Positions 1-9,682 of a stretch of 64,000 nucleotides of DNA are shown here, piece by piece. The stretch spans positions 3,384-67,383 of the forward strand of contig DAOOCD010000001.1 in assembly GCA_035408225.1 (NCBI GenBank), written 5' to 3'. The notes under the pieces were generated by a model. It saw nothing but the letters and a program-made list of their open reading frames with translations. It did not search any database and was not told the DNA's origin. The stretch is from Cyclobacteriaceae bacterium. GTDB lineage: Bacteria; Bacteroidota; Bacteroidia; Cytophagales; Cyclobacteriaceae. The number at the start of each line of letters is the position of its first letter. Position 1 is the first letter of the stretch. The position numbers and the translations under genes are program-made.

Positions 1-398
1 ACACAGATACTACCCATGAAGTAATTAATCGCTGCAGTAATAGAAACCAATAGCACCCCGTAATCCAATTGATGTAGCATCATAGGATGTAGCAGGGCAT
101 TTACCGATTCATAGATAATTAATGTGCCAGCTATTAAGATCATTGTACCTTCAATAGCGGAGGAAATAAATTCTACTTTACCGTGGCCATAGGGATGGTC
201 GGCATCGCGTGGTCTGGCTGATACAGTAAGACTGTATAGGCCTAACAGACCGGCTACCACATTCACGATACTCTCCAAGGCATCGGTAAGAATTGCCACC
301 GAATGTGTTAAAAAGTAGGCAGTCAATTTAATGGCCAACAATACAAAAGCGACCACTACTACAATACGCTGAATTCGGATATTTTTGTTGGCTTCCAC
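1..398 (-). CDS. Cation diffusion facilitator (CDF) family transporter, 5' part; runs off the window start
   Basis: Absent from the ORF track. Hand translation from GTG at 398 gives ...LTHSVAILTDALESIVNVVAG...ARPRDADHPYGHGKVEFISSAIEG, the CDF signature. Confidence 0.9.
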   Translation of the reverse strand, partial: MEANKNIRIQRIVVVVAFVLLAIKLTAYFLTHSVAILTDALESIVNVVAGLLGLYSLTVSARPRDADHPYGHGKVEFISSAIEGTMILIAGTLIIYESVNALLHPMMLHQLDYGVLLVSITAAINYFMGSIC

Positions 399-402
399 CT
401 CG

Positions 403-645
403 CTATTTCTTTCTAATGATTCCCACAATGGCTACTACTGCAATAACCGCCCAAACTGTATTTATGAAAGTAAAAGGGTATGCTTCTTTGTAAAGGCTAT
501 TGATAATGAGGAAAATAGCCCCTGTTAAATTTAGTGATTGAAATGTGATTGAATCTGATTTAATCTTTTGTGAACTGTTAAGTGCATACGCTGTAACCAC
601 TTCAATGGAGCCAACCCAGCCAAGAATATTTATAAGTAACTCCAT
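403..645 (-). CDS. Small membrane protein (CBU_0592-like family)
   Basis: 80 aa, three hydrophobic segments, GW.GS...AY and FQ.LNL.GA patterns; tightly packed between neighbours. Confidence 0.7.
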   Translation of the reverse strand: MELLINILGWVGSIEVVTAYALNSSQKIKSDSITFQSLNLTGAIFLIINSLYKEAYPFTFINTVWAVIAVVAIVGIIRKK

Positions 646-650
646 GCTGA

Positions 651-1634
651 TTAGTCCCTCATTTTAACCCTTAACAAATACATGTCTGCAGTTATGTAAA
701 GAGTCTTTTCGTCAGGAGAGAAGGCGCAGTTGGCTGAAGCTTCTGGTAACTTAATCCGGCCTAATACTTTTCCAGTGGAATCAAATATCCAAACACCACC
801 GGGGCCAGTAGCAAACACATTACCTTTGCTATCGATTTTTAATCCGTCCGGAAGTCCTTTTTCTGTGGCCGTGTTTGAGGTTGCATCATAGAATATTCTG
901 GCCGACTTGATTGAATCTGATCCCATCTCGAATTCGTACCAAATAGCTTTCGAAACATCGGAGTTTGCTACTACAAATTTTTTCTCTTCAGGAAAGAAAG
1001 CAATCCCATTGGGGCGGGTTAAAGAATCCATCAGTAACGACACAACTCCCTTTGGGGATATTTTGTACACTCCATTTACCGGAGCTTCTTTTTCAAAATC
1101 CTGATCCTGATCAGCCAGTCCATAAGGAGGATCCGTAAAGAACAAATCTCCGTTGCTTCTGTAAGCAGCGTCATTTGGACTATTTAGTCGTTTGCCCTGG
1201 TAGGATCCTGCTAGGGTGATATAGGTTGGGCTTGGATTACTCACAGCAGCATTCATTTTTGCAATTTGTCGGTTGCCATGCTGACAAAGGATAAGGGAAT
1301 CGTTGTGTAGCAGGAGTCCATTGGATCCGCGTTCAGGACTCCGGGTGGAATCTCCGGCAAAACCAGAAGGGGTCAAATAGAGTTTTGCTCCTTTAGACTC
1401 TGTCCATTTATAAACCTTGTTTTCAGGAACGTCAGAAAAGAGAAGCATATTTTCTTTTTCAATCCAAACAGGACCTTCACTCCAGGTATATCCTTCAGCT
1501 ATTATTTCAGCCTTTGCCTGGGATGACAGGATGTTGTCAAGAGCTGGATCCAGGCGTTCAATGGTTCCCAATGTTTTGATTTCTTTCGTGCCGCAGGCAG
1601 TAAGAAAAAGAGTTGCCAGAAATAGGATTCTCAT
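651..1634 (-). CDS. SMP-30/gluconolactonase/LRE family lipoprotein
   Basis: Lipobox LTAC; WSEGPVW, NSPND, FTDPPYG, PNGIAF and PDGLKID motifs. Confidence 0.92.
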   Translation of the reverse strand: MRILFLATLFLTACGTKEIKTLGTIERLDPALDNILSSQAKAEIIAEGYTWSEGPVWIEKENMLLFSDVPENKVYKWTESKGAKLYLTPSGFAGDSTRSPERGSNGLLLHNDSLILCQHGNRQIAKMNAAVSNPSPTYITLAGSYQGKRLNSPNDAAYRSNGDLFFTDPPYGLADQDQDFEKEAPVNGVYKISPKGVVSLLMDSLTRPNGIAFFPEEKKFVVANSDVSKAIWYEFEMGSDSIKSARIFYDATSNTATEKGLPDGLKIDSKGNVFATGPGGVWIFDSTGKVLGRIKLPEASANCAFSPDEKTLYITADMYLLRVKMRD

Positions 1635-1674
1635 CGTCTTTGTTTTTTCCGATGGAAGGTATAAAAAAAATCGA

Positions 1675-2374
1675 TTATGATTTTATCAATAATTTTCGCA
1701 GTGACATAAGGTGCAGTATGTATGCCAGCGGTACAAGAAAGGTGGGGAGAAATACAAATGGAAATTGAGTTACAATGGTATTAGCTGGCTCATTATTGAA
1801 AACCCGAATAGGCGTGGGCATGGAAAGAATTGCAATGGTCACAATATTAATCAGCAATCCTAAACCAAGAATATTCCACACAATCATCCAATGTTTTGAG
1901 GTGAGCAGAAAACGGCCAGCCAACAAGGCGGTTATGCCGGAGAGGATGTCCCAGTTACGACCTTCGAAAGTCATTTGTTCGGGCAATAGATTTTGAATAA
2001 AGAGGAGCCATAGAAGCACCTCAACAAAAATCCGAAAGACCTGAAGTTGAGTAAGGGCTCTTAATGAAAGATAGCTAAGCAGAGTTTTCATTTCGGAAGT
2101 AAAGAGCAGGATTATTGTTGTAATTAAAGGCACTCCTACTAATGGCATAGCATTAAACGGGAAGTTTTTAAAATTTCCGGAAAAGCCGGATAGAGAAAGT
2201 GCACTAACCATTGCTGCCCATATGATTAGCCCCCACAGAATACTATTACTGATCTTTTTTTTTCTTTAGCTCTGTCCAGGACGTTTGACGTATGGCAGAT
2301 TTCAAATTTCTGAATAACAGAAAATAGAAAGCAAGAGTAAGTAGTGGGAATCCGATAGAAGCAAGTAGGTACAT
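1675..2374 (-). pseudogene. Multi-pass membrane protein with a +1 frameshift in an A9 tract (real or sequencing error)
   Basis: ATG at 2374 gives MYLLASIGFPLLTLAFYFLLFRNLKSAIRQTSWTELKKKKDQ*. Removing one A from 2255-2263 joins this to ISNSILWGLIIWAAMVSALS..., giving a 232-aa protein. The track ORF 1675..2211 is only the 3' part. Confidence 0.7.
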
Positions 2375-2477
2375 AGTTTTCGGGTTAGTAAAACTGTAAG
2401 ACCTTGAATTTACGTGGGAATCTTATGCCTTGTGAGGGACTTGATTATGAAGTTACAAAATTTAAAAATACCAGACC

Positions 2478-3602
2478 TTAGATTAGTTTTTTTGAAAAAA
2501 TCCGATACCGCTTACAAACCTTGCCATGAAGTTTTTCACACTCTCCGCGCATAGGTAAGTTATGTTCAAGAATTAAATGACTATCCATAACCTCAATGCC
2601 ACGATGTATGCATGACTCAATCATAGCTTTACCCATGAATGCACTGATCCCCGTGCCCCGATAACCGTTTTTAATGGCCCCTAACATCAGGTTAAGTTGT
2701 TTGCTTTTTTTCATTGCATTCAGAATATAGATAAATCCAAAAGGAAAAATTCTTCCCTTCGCTTTCTGGATTCCTGCACTCATGTCGGGTATACCAACCA
2801 CAAACGCTACCACGGTGTTGTCTTTGTCAAGCACTACCTTAACAAATTCAGGATCAAGCACCGGCAGATATTGGTTGGCAAATTTTTTCATTTCTTCCTC
2901 ACTCATAGGTGCAAAACCAAACAAGGGCGCATAGGTCTCGTTTACGAGTTGCAGAACCGGGACGATGTAGGGCTTTATCTGGTGTTTGGATCGGAACTCT
3001 CTTAATTTTAGATTCTGATTCCTGCTGATTCGCTGATGAATACGTTCATACAACTCAGGAATTTTTCTGGAGATGCTCATCTGATAGGAAACACAATCAA
3101 CTTCTTTGGCATATCCTTCGTTTACTAAAAGCTCGGGCAGGTAGGTCGGATTGGCCGGTGTTGCAAGTACTGGCAGAAAGTTAAATCCTTCAATTTGCAA
3201 TCCTTGTGGGTCCTTATCTGAAAAGCCAAACGGACCGATCAGCTTATTCATGCCTTTGTCTAACGCCCATTGTTCAATAAATTCGATCAATGCATGCGCT
3301 ACCCCCTGGTTGTTGATACAATCCAGATTGAAGAAGCGTCCGGTCTTTTCCTGATGCAACTGATTATAAGGGTGATGAATGATACCCATGATCCGGCCCA
3401 CCGCTTGACCATCCATTATTGCAAGCACGCGGACCACATCGCAATGCTGCAGGGTTTTGTTTTTCTTTGGATCATGAAAGGCCCATTCATCATCGTAAAA
3501 TGGTGGAACCCATCGATCAACAGTTTTATAAATATTTTCACACAGGAAGATATACTGCCGTAAAAGTGCTTTGGTGTTTACCACCTTTAATTCCAGAGCC
3601 AT
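2478..3602 (-). CDS. YghO-like double-GNAT acyltransferase, possibly related to bacterial ceramide synthase
   Basis: WVPP...DPKKN, GRIMGII and IGPFGFSDKDPQGLQIEGF motifs. Start MALELK at 3602 preferred over 3638. Confidence 0.72.
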   Translation of the reverse strand: MALELKVVNTKALLRQYIFLCENIYKTVDRWVPPFYDDEWAFHDPKKNKTLQHCDVVRVLAIMDGQAVGRIMGIIHHPYNQLHQEKTGRFFNLDCINNQGVAHALIEFIEQWALDKGMNKLIGPFGFSDKDPQGLQIEGFNFLPVLATPANPTYLPELLVNEGYAKEVDCVSYQMSISRKIPELYERIHQRISRNQNLKLREFRSKHQIKPYIVPVLQLVNETYAPLFGFAPMSEEEMKKFANQYLPVLDPEFVKVVLDKDNTVVAFVVGIPDMSAGIQKAKGRIFPFGFIYILNAMKKSKQLNLMLGAIKNGYRGTGISAFMGKAMIESCIHRGIEVMDSHLILEHNLPMRGECEKLHGKVCKRYRIFSKKLI

Positions 3603-3706
3603 GTGGGGCCAAACTTGGTAGGGAATACTTTCATTCAATTATAACTCTATTCACAAAAACACTATTTTTACAACTCGCTCAAGTTAACTTATTTTAATTA
3701 TTCCGT

Positions 3707-5428
3707 ATGTCAGTGGAAGAGAAAATCACCCGGCCAAAACGACAATTTTTACCCGAAGAGTTTACTATCTCTGACTGGGTTTCCCTAAAGCCTTACTTTG
3801 ATAACCTACTATCGCGAGAGTTGCAAAATCTTGAATCCTTACGAAAATGGTTATCCGACCGAAGCGAACTTGAGTCGGCCATTAGCGAAGATTTAGGGTG
3901 GCGATATATCAAGATGACGTGTTATACAGATAATGAAATCTATACCAAGAGTTACCAGGATTTTATCGAAAACATTCAACCTGCGATTGCTCCGCTAGCC
4001 GATCAGCTTAATAAAAAATTAGCAGCCTGTACTTACCTGCAGCAACTGGAAAAGGAGCAAGGCTTCAAAATATTAATCCGTAACCTTAAAAAGGATATTG
4101 AATTATTTCGTGAGGAAAATATTCCTCTATACACACAGATCAACACGGAAAGCCAAAAGTATGGACAGCTGTCCGGTGCCATGACCGTTGAGATCGATGG
4201 AAAAGAACTAACCTTACAACAAGCCGGAGTAATTTTGCAATCAACGGATCGCGCTAAGCGGGAAGTAGCATATCGAAAAATTGCTGAGCGCAGACTTAAA
4301 GATAAGGCAGTACTCGATGAGTTGTTTTCAAAATTAATTTCATTACGACATCAGGTTGCAAAGAATGCGAACTTTGAAACGTTTCGCGATTATATGTTTA
4401 AGTCCTACGGAAGGTTTGACTATACGCCTCAGGATTGTTTTCAGTTTCATGATGCCATTGCCAGTGAGGTAGTTCCCATTTTGAATGAGCTTAGTAAAGA
4501 GAGAAAGGATAAATTAAATGTTCCCACTCTTCGGCCCTGGGATAAGGCTGTAGATCCGGAAGGAAGAGAGCCATTGAAAGCCTTTGAAAATGGTAAAGAC
4601 TTAACTGAGAAATCAATTGAATCTTTTAAGAGACTTGATCCTTTCCTGGGGCAATGCCTGTCGATCATGAAATCGATGGGACATCTTGATCTTGAATCCC
4701 GCAAGGGAAAGGCCCCGGGTGGTTATAATTACCCACTGGCCGAGATTGGAGTGCCGTTCATTTTTATGAATGCAACCTCAACCATGCGCGACATGACAAC
4801 AATTATGCATGAGGGCGGCCATGCAGTACATAATTTTCTTACTAAAGACTTGCTGCTGGCTGAATTTAAATCTCCACCGATGGAGGTAGCCGAACTGGCA
4901 TCTATGTCTATGGAGCTAATTTCTATGGATACCTGGGATATTTTCTTTCCAAACGAAGAGGATTTGAAACGCGCCAAACGCGAACAACTTGAAGATATAA
5001 TTGAAACCCTGCCCTGGGTCGCAACCATTGATCAGTTTCAACACTGGTTGTATGAAAATCCAAATCATTCATCAGCAGATCGAATCCAGCATTGGAATAA
5101 AGTCTTCAATCGATTCTCAGATACAGTAACTGATTGGAGCGGTCTTGAGGAGAACCGTGATTACCTGTGGCAACGGCAACTTCACTTGTACGAGGTGCCG
5201 TTCTATTATATAGAATATGGCATGGCTCAGCTTGGTGCGATTGCACTTTGGCGTAACTATAAAAGAGATAAACAAAAAGGACTTCAGGGATATATGAACG
5301 CCTTGAAACTGGGTAACCTGACTACCATACCTGAAATATACAAGGCAGCAGATATCAGGTTTGATTTTAGCAGGGAGTATATCGAGGAGCTAATGAATTT
5401 CGTAAAAGACGAGTTTAGAAAGATCTAA
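3707..5428 (+). CDS. M3 family oligoendopeptidase (PepF/M3B-like)
   Basis: HEGGH zinc motif, EVAELASMSMEL, RKGKAPGGY, PFYYIEY. Confidence 0.95.
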   Translation: MSVEEKITRPKRQFLPEEFTISDWVSLKPYFDNLLSRELQNLESLRKWLSDRSELESAISEDLGWRYIKMTCYTDNEIYTKSYQDFIENIQPAIAPLADQLNKKLAACTYLQQLEKEQGFKILIRNLKKDIELFREENIPLYTQINTESQKYGQLSGAMTVEIDGKELTLQQAGVILQSTDRAKREVAYRKIAERRLKDKAVLDELFSKLISLRHQVAKNANFETFRDYMFKSYGRFDYTPQDCFQFHDAIASEVVPILNELSKERKDKLNVPTLRPWDKAVDPEGREPLKAFENGKDLTEKSIESFKRLDPFLGQCLSIMKSMGHLDLESRKGKAPGGYNYPLAEIGVPFIFMNATSTMRDMTTIMHEGGHAVHNFLTKDLLLAEFKSPPMEVAELASMSMELISMDTWDIFFPNEEDLKRAKREQLEDIIETLPWVATIDQFQHWLYENPNHSSADRIQHWNKVFNRFSDTVTDWSGLEENRDYLWQRQLHLYEVPFYYIEYGMAQLGAIALWRNYKRDKQKGLQGYMNALKLGNLTTIPEIYKAADIRFDFSREYIEELMNFVKDEFRKI

Positions 5429-5874
5429 TCACGGCATTTATCCAACAAATAGCTTAGTTGAATCGCTTCTTCTCTGGAGAGCGATATTAACTGCTTATCC
5501 ATATTATTTATGTCGATATCTAACTTTTGGAGAAGATCAAGACCAGTAGAAGAAATACTTACGTTGGAGGCGCGCTTGTCTTCCGGGCATTGGGTCTTAA
5601 TGGCAAGTTTTTTCCCAATCAAGCGATCGAGTAAGCGTGAAACATCTGAGTTTTTATCAAGCATTCGGCTTTTGATCTCGGCACCCGAGATGCTGTTTGG
5701 GTGCTGCCCCCGTAAGATTCTGAGTATGTTGTATTGCTGATTAGTTATGCCGTAGGGTTCAAAAAGTTCTCTCTGTTTGTTCTGAATCCAGTTGGCAGTA
5801 AAGAGGAGATTAAGCACCGCCTTCTGATGGGGGCTTTTAAATTTTGACTGTTTGATTTCTTCTTCAATGGTCAT
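5425..5874 (-). CDS. MarR family transcriptional regulator
   Basis: QQYNILRILRG, SDVSRLLDRL, EDKR wing motif. Confidence 0.92.
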   Translation of the reverse strand: MTIEEEIKQSKFKSPHQKAVLNLLFTANWIQNKQRELFEPYGITNQQYNILRILRGQHPNSISGAEIKSRMLDKNSDVSRLLDRLIGKKLAIKTQCPEDKRASNVSISSTGLDLLQKLDIDINNMDKQLISLSREEAIQLSYLLDKCRD

Positions 5875-5905
5875 AAAAAAAGAAGGGAGTCGCTAAACTC
5901 CCCTC
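5875..5905 (-). terminator. Intrinsic terminator of the yceI-family gene, abutting the marR start codon
   Basis: Minus strand GAGGGGAGT-TTAGCG-ACTCCCTTC followed by T7 and then the marR ATG. Confidence 0.75.
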
Positions 5906-5926
5906 AATATAAATAGTATTAATAAA

Positions 5927-6502
5927 TTAGGCTTGCTTATCTAATTCAATTTTCACAATAATGTTAACATCATCACTTACTACGGCTCCACCGTCTTGTA
6001 ATTTGTTAGCCCACTTCACACCATAATCCTGACGGTTAATAACACCACTTAGTTTAAAACCAGCTTTAAAGCCACGGCCAGTGTTTATAGTGCCACCATA
6101 GGTTACGTCAAAAGTTACATCTTTGGTAACTTCTTTCATGGTGAACTGTCCTTTCAGAACGTACTTACCACCTTGTTTTTCAAGTTTACCCTTGAATTTA
6201 ATGTCGGTAAATTTTTCAGCATCGAAGAAGTCAGCAGACTTAAGGTGACCATCGCGTCTTTCGCTATCGGTGTCAATAGAAGCTACTTTTGCTGAGAATT
6301 CAACATCTGCTCCGCTGAAATCATCAGACTTGCTGATTACTGTACCATCAAAGTCATTGAACTTACCTTCGACATCCGATACCATCATGTGAACTACGCT
6401 AAAGCCTACCTTAGAGTGACCCTTGTCAATTTTCCAGCTTGTTTGAGCACTTGCTACTCCGGCCACCAGTAAGAAGGCAACCAATGCGTTCAATTTTTTC
6501 AT
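5927..6502 (-). CDS. yceI: YceI family periplasmic lipid/polyisoprenoid-binding protein
   Basis: Signal peptide; WKIDKGHSKVGF, RDGHLKSADFFDAEKF, INRQDYG. Confidence 0.93.
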   Translation of the reverse strand: MKKLNALVAFLLVAGVASAQTSWKIDKGHSKVGFSVVHMMVSDVEGKFNDFDGTVISKSDDFSGADVEFSAKVASIDTDSERRDGHLKSADFFDAEKFTDIKFKGKLEKQGGKYVLKGQFTMKEVTKDVTFDVTYGGTINTGRGFKAGFKLSGVINRQDYGVKWANKLQDGGAVVSDDVNIIVKIELDKQA

Positions 6503-6560
6503 TGTGTTAGTTTTTAAGTTAGTTTTTGTTTGCTGTGCAAGTATAACACCAGTTTCAATA

Positions 6561-6580
6561 ATAGATGTTTAAACATCTAT
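6561..6580. promoter_or_regulatory. Perfect 20-bp palindrome, candidate MarR operator
   Basis: ATAGATGTTT-AAACATCTAT, 59-78 bp upstream of the yceI start; marR lies in the same unit. Confidence 0.65.
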
Positions 6581-6652
6581 ATTTATTGTGTTAAATATTT
6601 GTTAATCAGGCAAAAAGAATTTTTAAAATTCTGAACCCTGCTTAAAAAGGGC

Positions 6653-8878
6653 CTACAAATTCAGCCAATAAGTGAGCTTAAGTACCAATGCCCGGGTTTT
6701 GGGCTGTCCAATTTGGAATACCTCGCCATTTTGAAAAGATTCAGCGAAATAGTTATCGGTGTATACGATGAACAAATCTGAGACGGGTTTAAACCGCCAT
6801 TGAAAACGGCTATTAATATTCAGGTTATTGATTTGGCTATTGTATTGCACGAAAGTGGTCCAGAAAACTTTTCTCGAAAATGTAAAATCAAAACGTGGTC
6901 CAACCAGTATAAGATTAGAATCATTGTATGGGTCTGGCAGGCGAATTCGATTGTAACTAAAATTGAGTGAGGTAAATCCCCAGGGTTGATACCGATAGGT
7001 TAAAGATCCAGTAAGATTTATTCGACTACCATTAAAATAGCCCCCCGATCGGGTACTCAAATCGAAGGCAAATCGTTTTCTCGCATCCGAGAAGTAACTT
7101 GCGATAATCAGATAATTTTGATAGGAAGTATTTTCGTTTAGTTCCGGTCCCCCCGATCCACTAGGGTCAAATGGATCAAATAAATAGGTATACTCCTCTC
7201 GTAATCGCATTGTGAACTGAGCAGTATTTTTAAAACGCATCCGATACATGAAATTGTAATCCCAGTCTAAAAATCCATAGATTTGGTTACCAACCATATC
7301 GAAATCAAATCCGGGTCCATGGCTCTGAATTTTACCACTGGATGGGTAAAAATTGTACCAGACCGTGGATGCCAACTGTTTAATATCCTGTCTTCTTACA
7401 AATCCAACTTCGGGGTTATAGTTAGCTCCTACGCTTCGGGCTAAAACATTGATGTTCCATTTAAGTGTAGCATAGGTCATGGTTGCCCCAAAGGCAAAGG
7501 CTGAATCTTTCTTTTCTTCATCAAATGTGTGATGATAAAAAGCTTTACCATTCCATCGGTTATCCTTGGAAAGCAAATTAAAATCTAACCCCGCTGTTCT
7601 TGAATAATTATTTGGATTGAAGGTAAAATCACCACCGATTGAATCTTGAAAGGCTTGTTTATTGATTAAGATCATTCCGATGTTTGATCGACTAAATACT
7701 TTTTGCTGAAGGGTAGCTACCGTATAGTTGGTTGAGGGTAAATTGATCTCATCATCTTCACCGGCTTGCATGTTTAAGATACCAATCCGGGTGTTGTTAT
7801 TTATTTTTCCACTTAGGCGAACGCCACCATATATAGGGTTCTGAACATTCTGACCTGTGGATGAATCACGAGCCACCCCAATTCTTCGTGAGAAAAATGG
7901 ACGGGTACCCTCTAATCCAAAACTGGCAAACAAGTCTGCGTTTTCAAGAAAGAATTGTCTGCGTTCAGGAAAAAAAATTTCGAAACGATCGAGATTGGTA
8001 ACTTGTTCGTCAACTTCTACTTGCGAAAAATCAGGGTTTACAGTTAAATCAAGATTCAACGCTGGCCCCACTCCAATTTTAGCATCACCCCCCGCCTGCA
8101 CGTTAGTATTACGCGGGGTTCCTTCTTCAAAATTTTCTTGCGTGTTAGTTGCTACGTAAGGAATAACAGAAATATTTCCACCTGGTTTTTCAAGTGGCTT
8201 ATCCCAAATTAACTCTTTGTTGAAGGCTAAACTTACAATATCAAAATTTCTAGGAATAGGCGACCAGGTTGAGCGCTCGGCATATTGGCTGTCAATTCGA
8301 TAGAAATTAATATTCCAGCTGGACAAGTTTTCTTTGAACCGGAGAGTTTTAAACGGAATAGCCATTTCAGCAATCCAGTACTCATCATAAATTTTAACTT
8401 CTGAATACCATTTATTATCCCAGCTTAGCGTAAAATCATCGCTCCCCACACCTCCGCCATTCGAGATTAAACCTTCTCGCTGGACACCAAAGGGGTTTAC
8501 CCCAAACATAAAGCCATTGGTTCGATCTTTAAAAGTGTCAAACACAACCGAAATACCATCGTTGGCTTCTCCTCGATAGTCCCTGCGCAGCGAAGGGGTT
8601 ACGTATTTACGTGGGCCCAGATTGTACATTTTTGCTGCCAAATAGATAAACTGATCGTCATACGCGAGCCTTATTTCTGTCTGGGCATTGGCAAGTGAAG
8701 AATCGTATGGAAAGTATTGGTGAAACTGAGATGCTACTTCGGTAGTTTGCCAGTCAGCTTCATCGAGTATGCCATCTAAAATGATGGCACCAGTACTTCT
8801 TCTGATTGTGATAGCAGATTGCCCAACAGAATCCGCAGCAGTCGCCAATATGAAAATCAGGAAAATAACACTACGCAC
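6653..8878 (-). CDS. DUF5916 / CBM9-like domain outer-membrane protein
   Basis: Signal peptide; N-terminal LDGILDEADW CBM9-like domain; TVNPDFSQVEVD and FFPERRQFFLE; C-terminal TYWLNL barrel strand. Confidence 0.85.
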   Translation of the reverse strand: MRSVIFLIFILATAADSVGQSAITIRRSTGAIILDGILDEADWQTTEVASQFHQYFPYDSSLANAQTEIRLAYDDQFIYLAAKMYNLGPRKYVTPSLRRDYRGEANDGISVVFDTFKDRTNGFMFGVNPFGVQREGLISNGGGVGSDDFTLSWDNKWYSEVKIYDEYWIAEMAIPFKTLRFKENLSSWNINFYRIDSQYAERSTWSPIPRNFDIVSLAFNKELIWDKPLEKPGGNISVIPYVATNTQENFEEGTPRNTNVQAGGDAKIGVGPALNLDLTVNPDFSQVEVDEQVTNLDRFEIFFPERRQFFLENADLFASFGLEGTRPFFSRRIGVARDSSTGQNVQNPIYGGVRLSGKINNNTRIGILNMQAGEDDEINLPSTNYTVATLQQKVFSRSNIGMILINKQAFQDSIGGDFTFNPNNYSRTAGLDFNLLSKDNRWNGKAFYHHTFDEEKKDSAFAFGATMTYATLKWNINVLARSVGANYNPEVGFVRRQDIKQLASTVWYNFYPSSGKIQSHGPGFDFDMVGNQIYGFLDWDYNFMYRMRFKNTAQFTMRLREEYTYLFDPFDPSGSGGPELNENTSYQNYLIIASYFSDARKRFAFDLSTRSGGYFNGSRINLTGSLTYRYQPWGFTSLNFSYNRIRLPDPYNDSNLILVGPRFDFTFSRKVFWTTFVQYNSQINNLNINSRFQWRFKPVSDLFIVYTDNYFAESFQNGEVFQIGQPKTRALVLKLTYWLNL

Positions 8879-8898
8879 CCTATTAGAAATTAAGTGCC

Positions 8899-8906
8899 CA
8901 AAGATA
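8899..8906 (-). promoter_or_regulatory. Bacteroidota housekeeping promoter -7 box
   Basis: TATCTTTG matches TAnnTTTG, 21 bp upstream of the DUF5916 gene. Confidence 0.6.
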
Positions 8907-8962
8907 GGGGGCGTTTAAAAGCCGGGTAAAGAAATTTGATAGATGGCGTGACGCTTTTAAAG

Positions 8963-9679
8963 TCAGATTTTTACGTAGAAATCACGGGTTAAGTTTTTGT
9001 AGGCTACCGTCCACTCTTCATCTTGTTCATAAAGAATTAACGACTCTTTTGCCGTTTCTTGTTTTTGTTGCTGAAGTTGAAATAGTACTCGTTCTGTGGT
9101 TTTATTAATGCGGGCGCGAAACTCACAAAGTCGTGTGCAATACCACCCTTGCTTTAAGGCCAAACTGACTAAGCTTTGTGCCTCAACATTAGGAAGAATA
9201 ATACAGAACTTTCCATACGGAGACAGTAAGCGTTTTGCGTGAAGCAAAAGCTCATAGGGAGACAAGGTTTCGGTATGCCTCGCTCTTGTTCTTTCTTCGG
9301 CCGGTGGTTTAGTGCTATCGATGAAGTAGGGTGGGTTAGTTACAATGAGATCATAAGGTTCTGATTCGTAAGTTTGAATTGCCTGATTTATGATTCTTAC
9401 TTTTTCTGGCCAGGGCGAAGCATTAATATTTTCAGTTGCTTGTTCACAGTCTTTAATGGATATATCGATGGCATCAATACTGACGTCAGGTAGCGTACGT
9501 TGAGCTAACATTAATGCAATTACACCAGAGCCGGTGCCAACATCCAGAACCCGGGTCACATTTTGGGTGTCTGCCCATGCGCCAAGTAAAACGCCATCGG
9601 TACCCACTTTATGGGTGCACCTGTCATGCTTCACAGAAAATTTCTTGAACTGAAAAATGTCCTTGATTTTTTTGGCCAT
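8963..9679 (-). CDS. yfiC: tRNA1(Val) (adenine37-N6)-methyltransferase
   Basis: FQFKKF, KVGTDGVLLGAW, LDVGTGSG, NPPYF, ARH motifs. Confidence 0.9.
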   Translation of the reverse strand: MAKKIKDIFQFKKFSVKHDRCTHKVGTDGVLLGAWADTQNVTRVLDVGTGSGVIALMLAQRTLPDVSIDAIDISIKDCEQATENINASPWPEKVRIINQAIQTYESEPYDLIVTNPPYFIDSTKPPAEERTRARHTETLSPYELLLHAKRLLSPYGKFCIILPNVEAQSLVSLALKQGWYCTRLCEFRARINKTTERVLFQLQQQKQETAKESLILYEQDEEWTVAYKNLTRDFYVKI

Positions 9680-9682
9680 CAA

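Noticed and set aside
2252-2266. A-AAA-AAG slippery heptamer as a programmed -1 ribosomal frameshift
   Set aside because: Restoring the gene needs a +1 shift (loss of one A), not -1.
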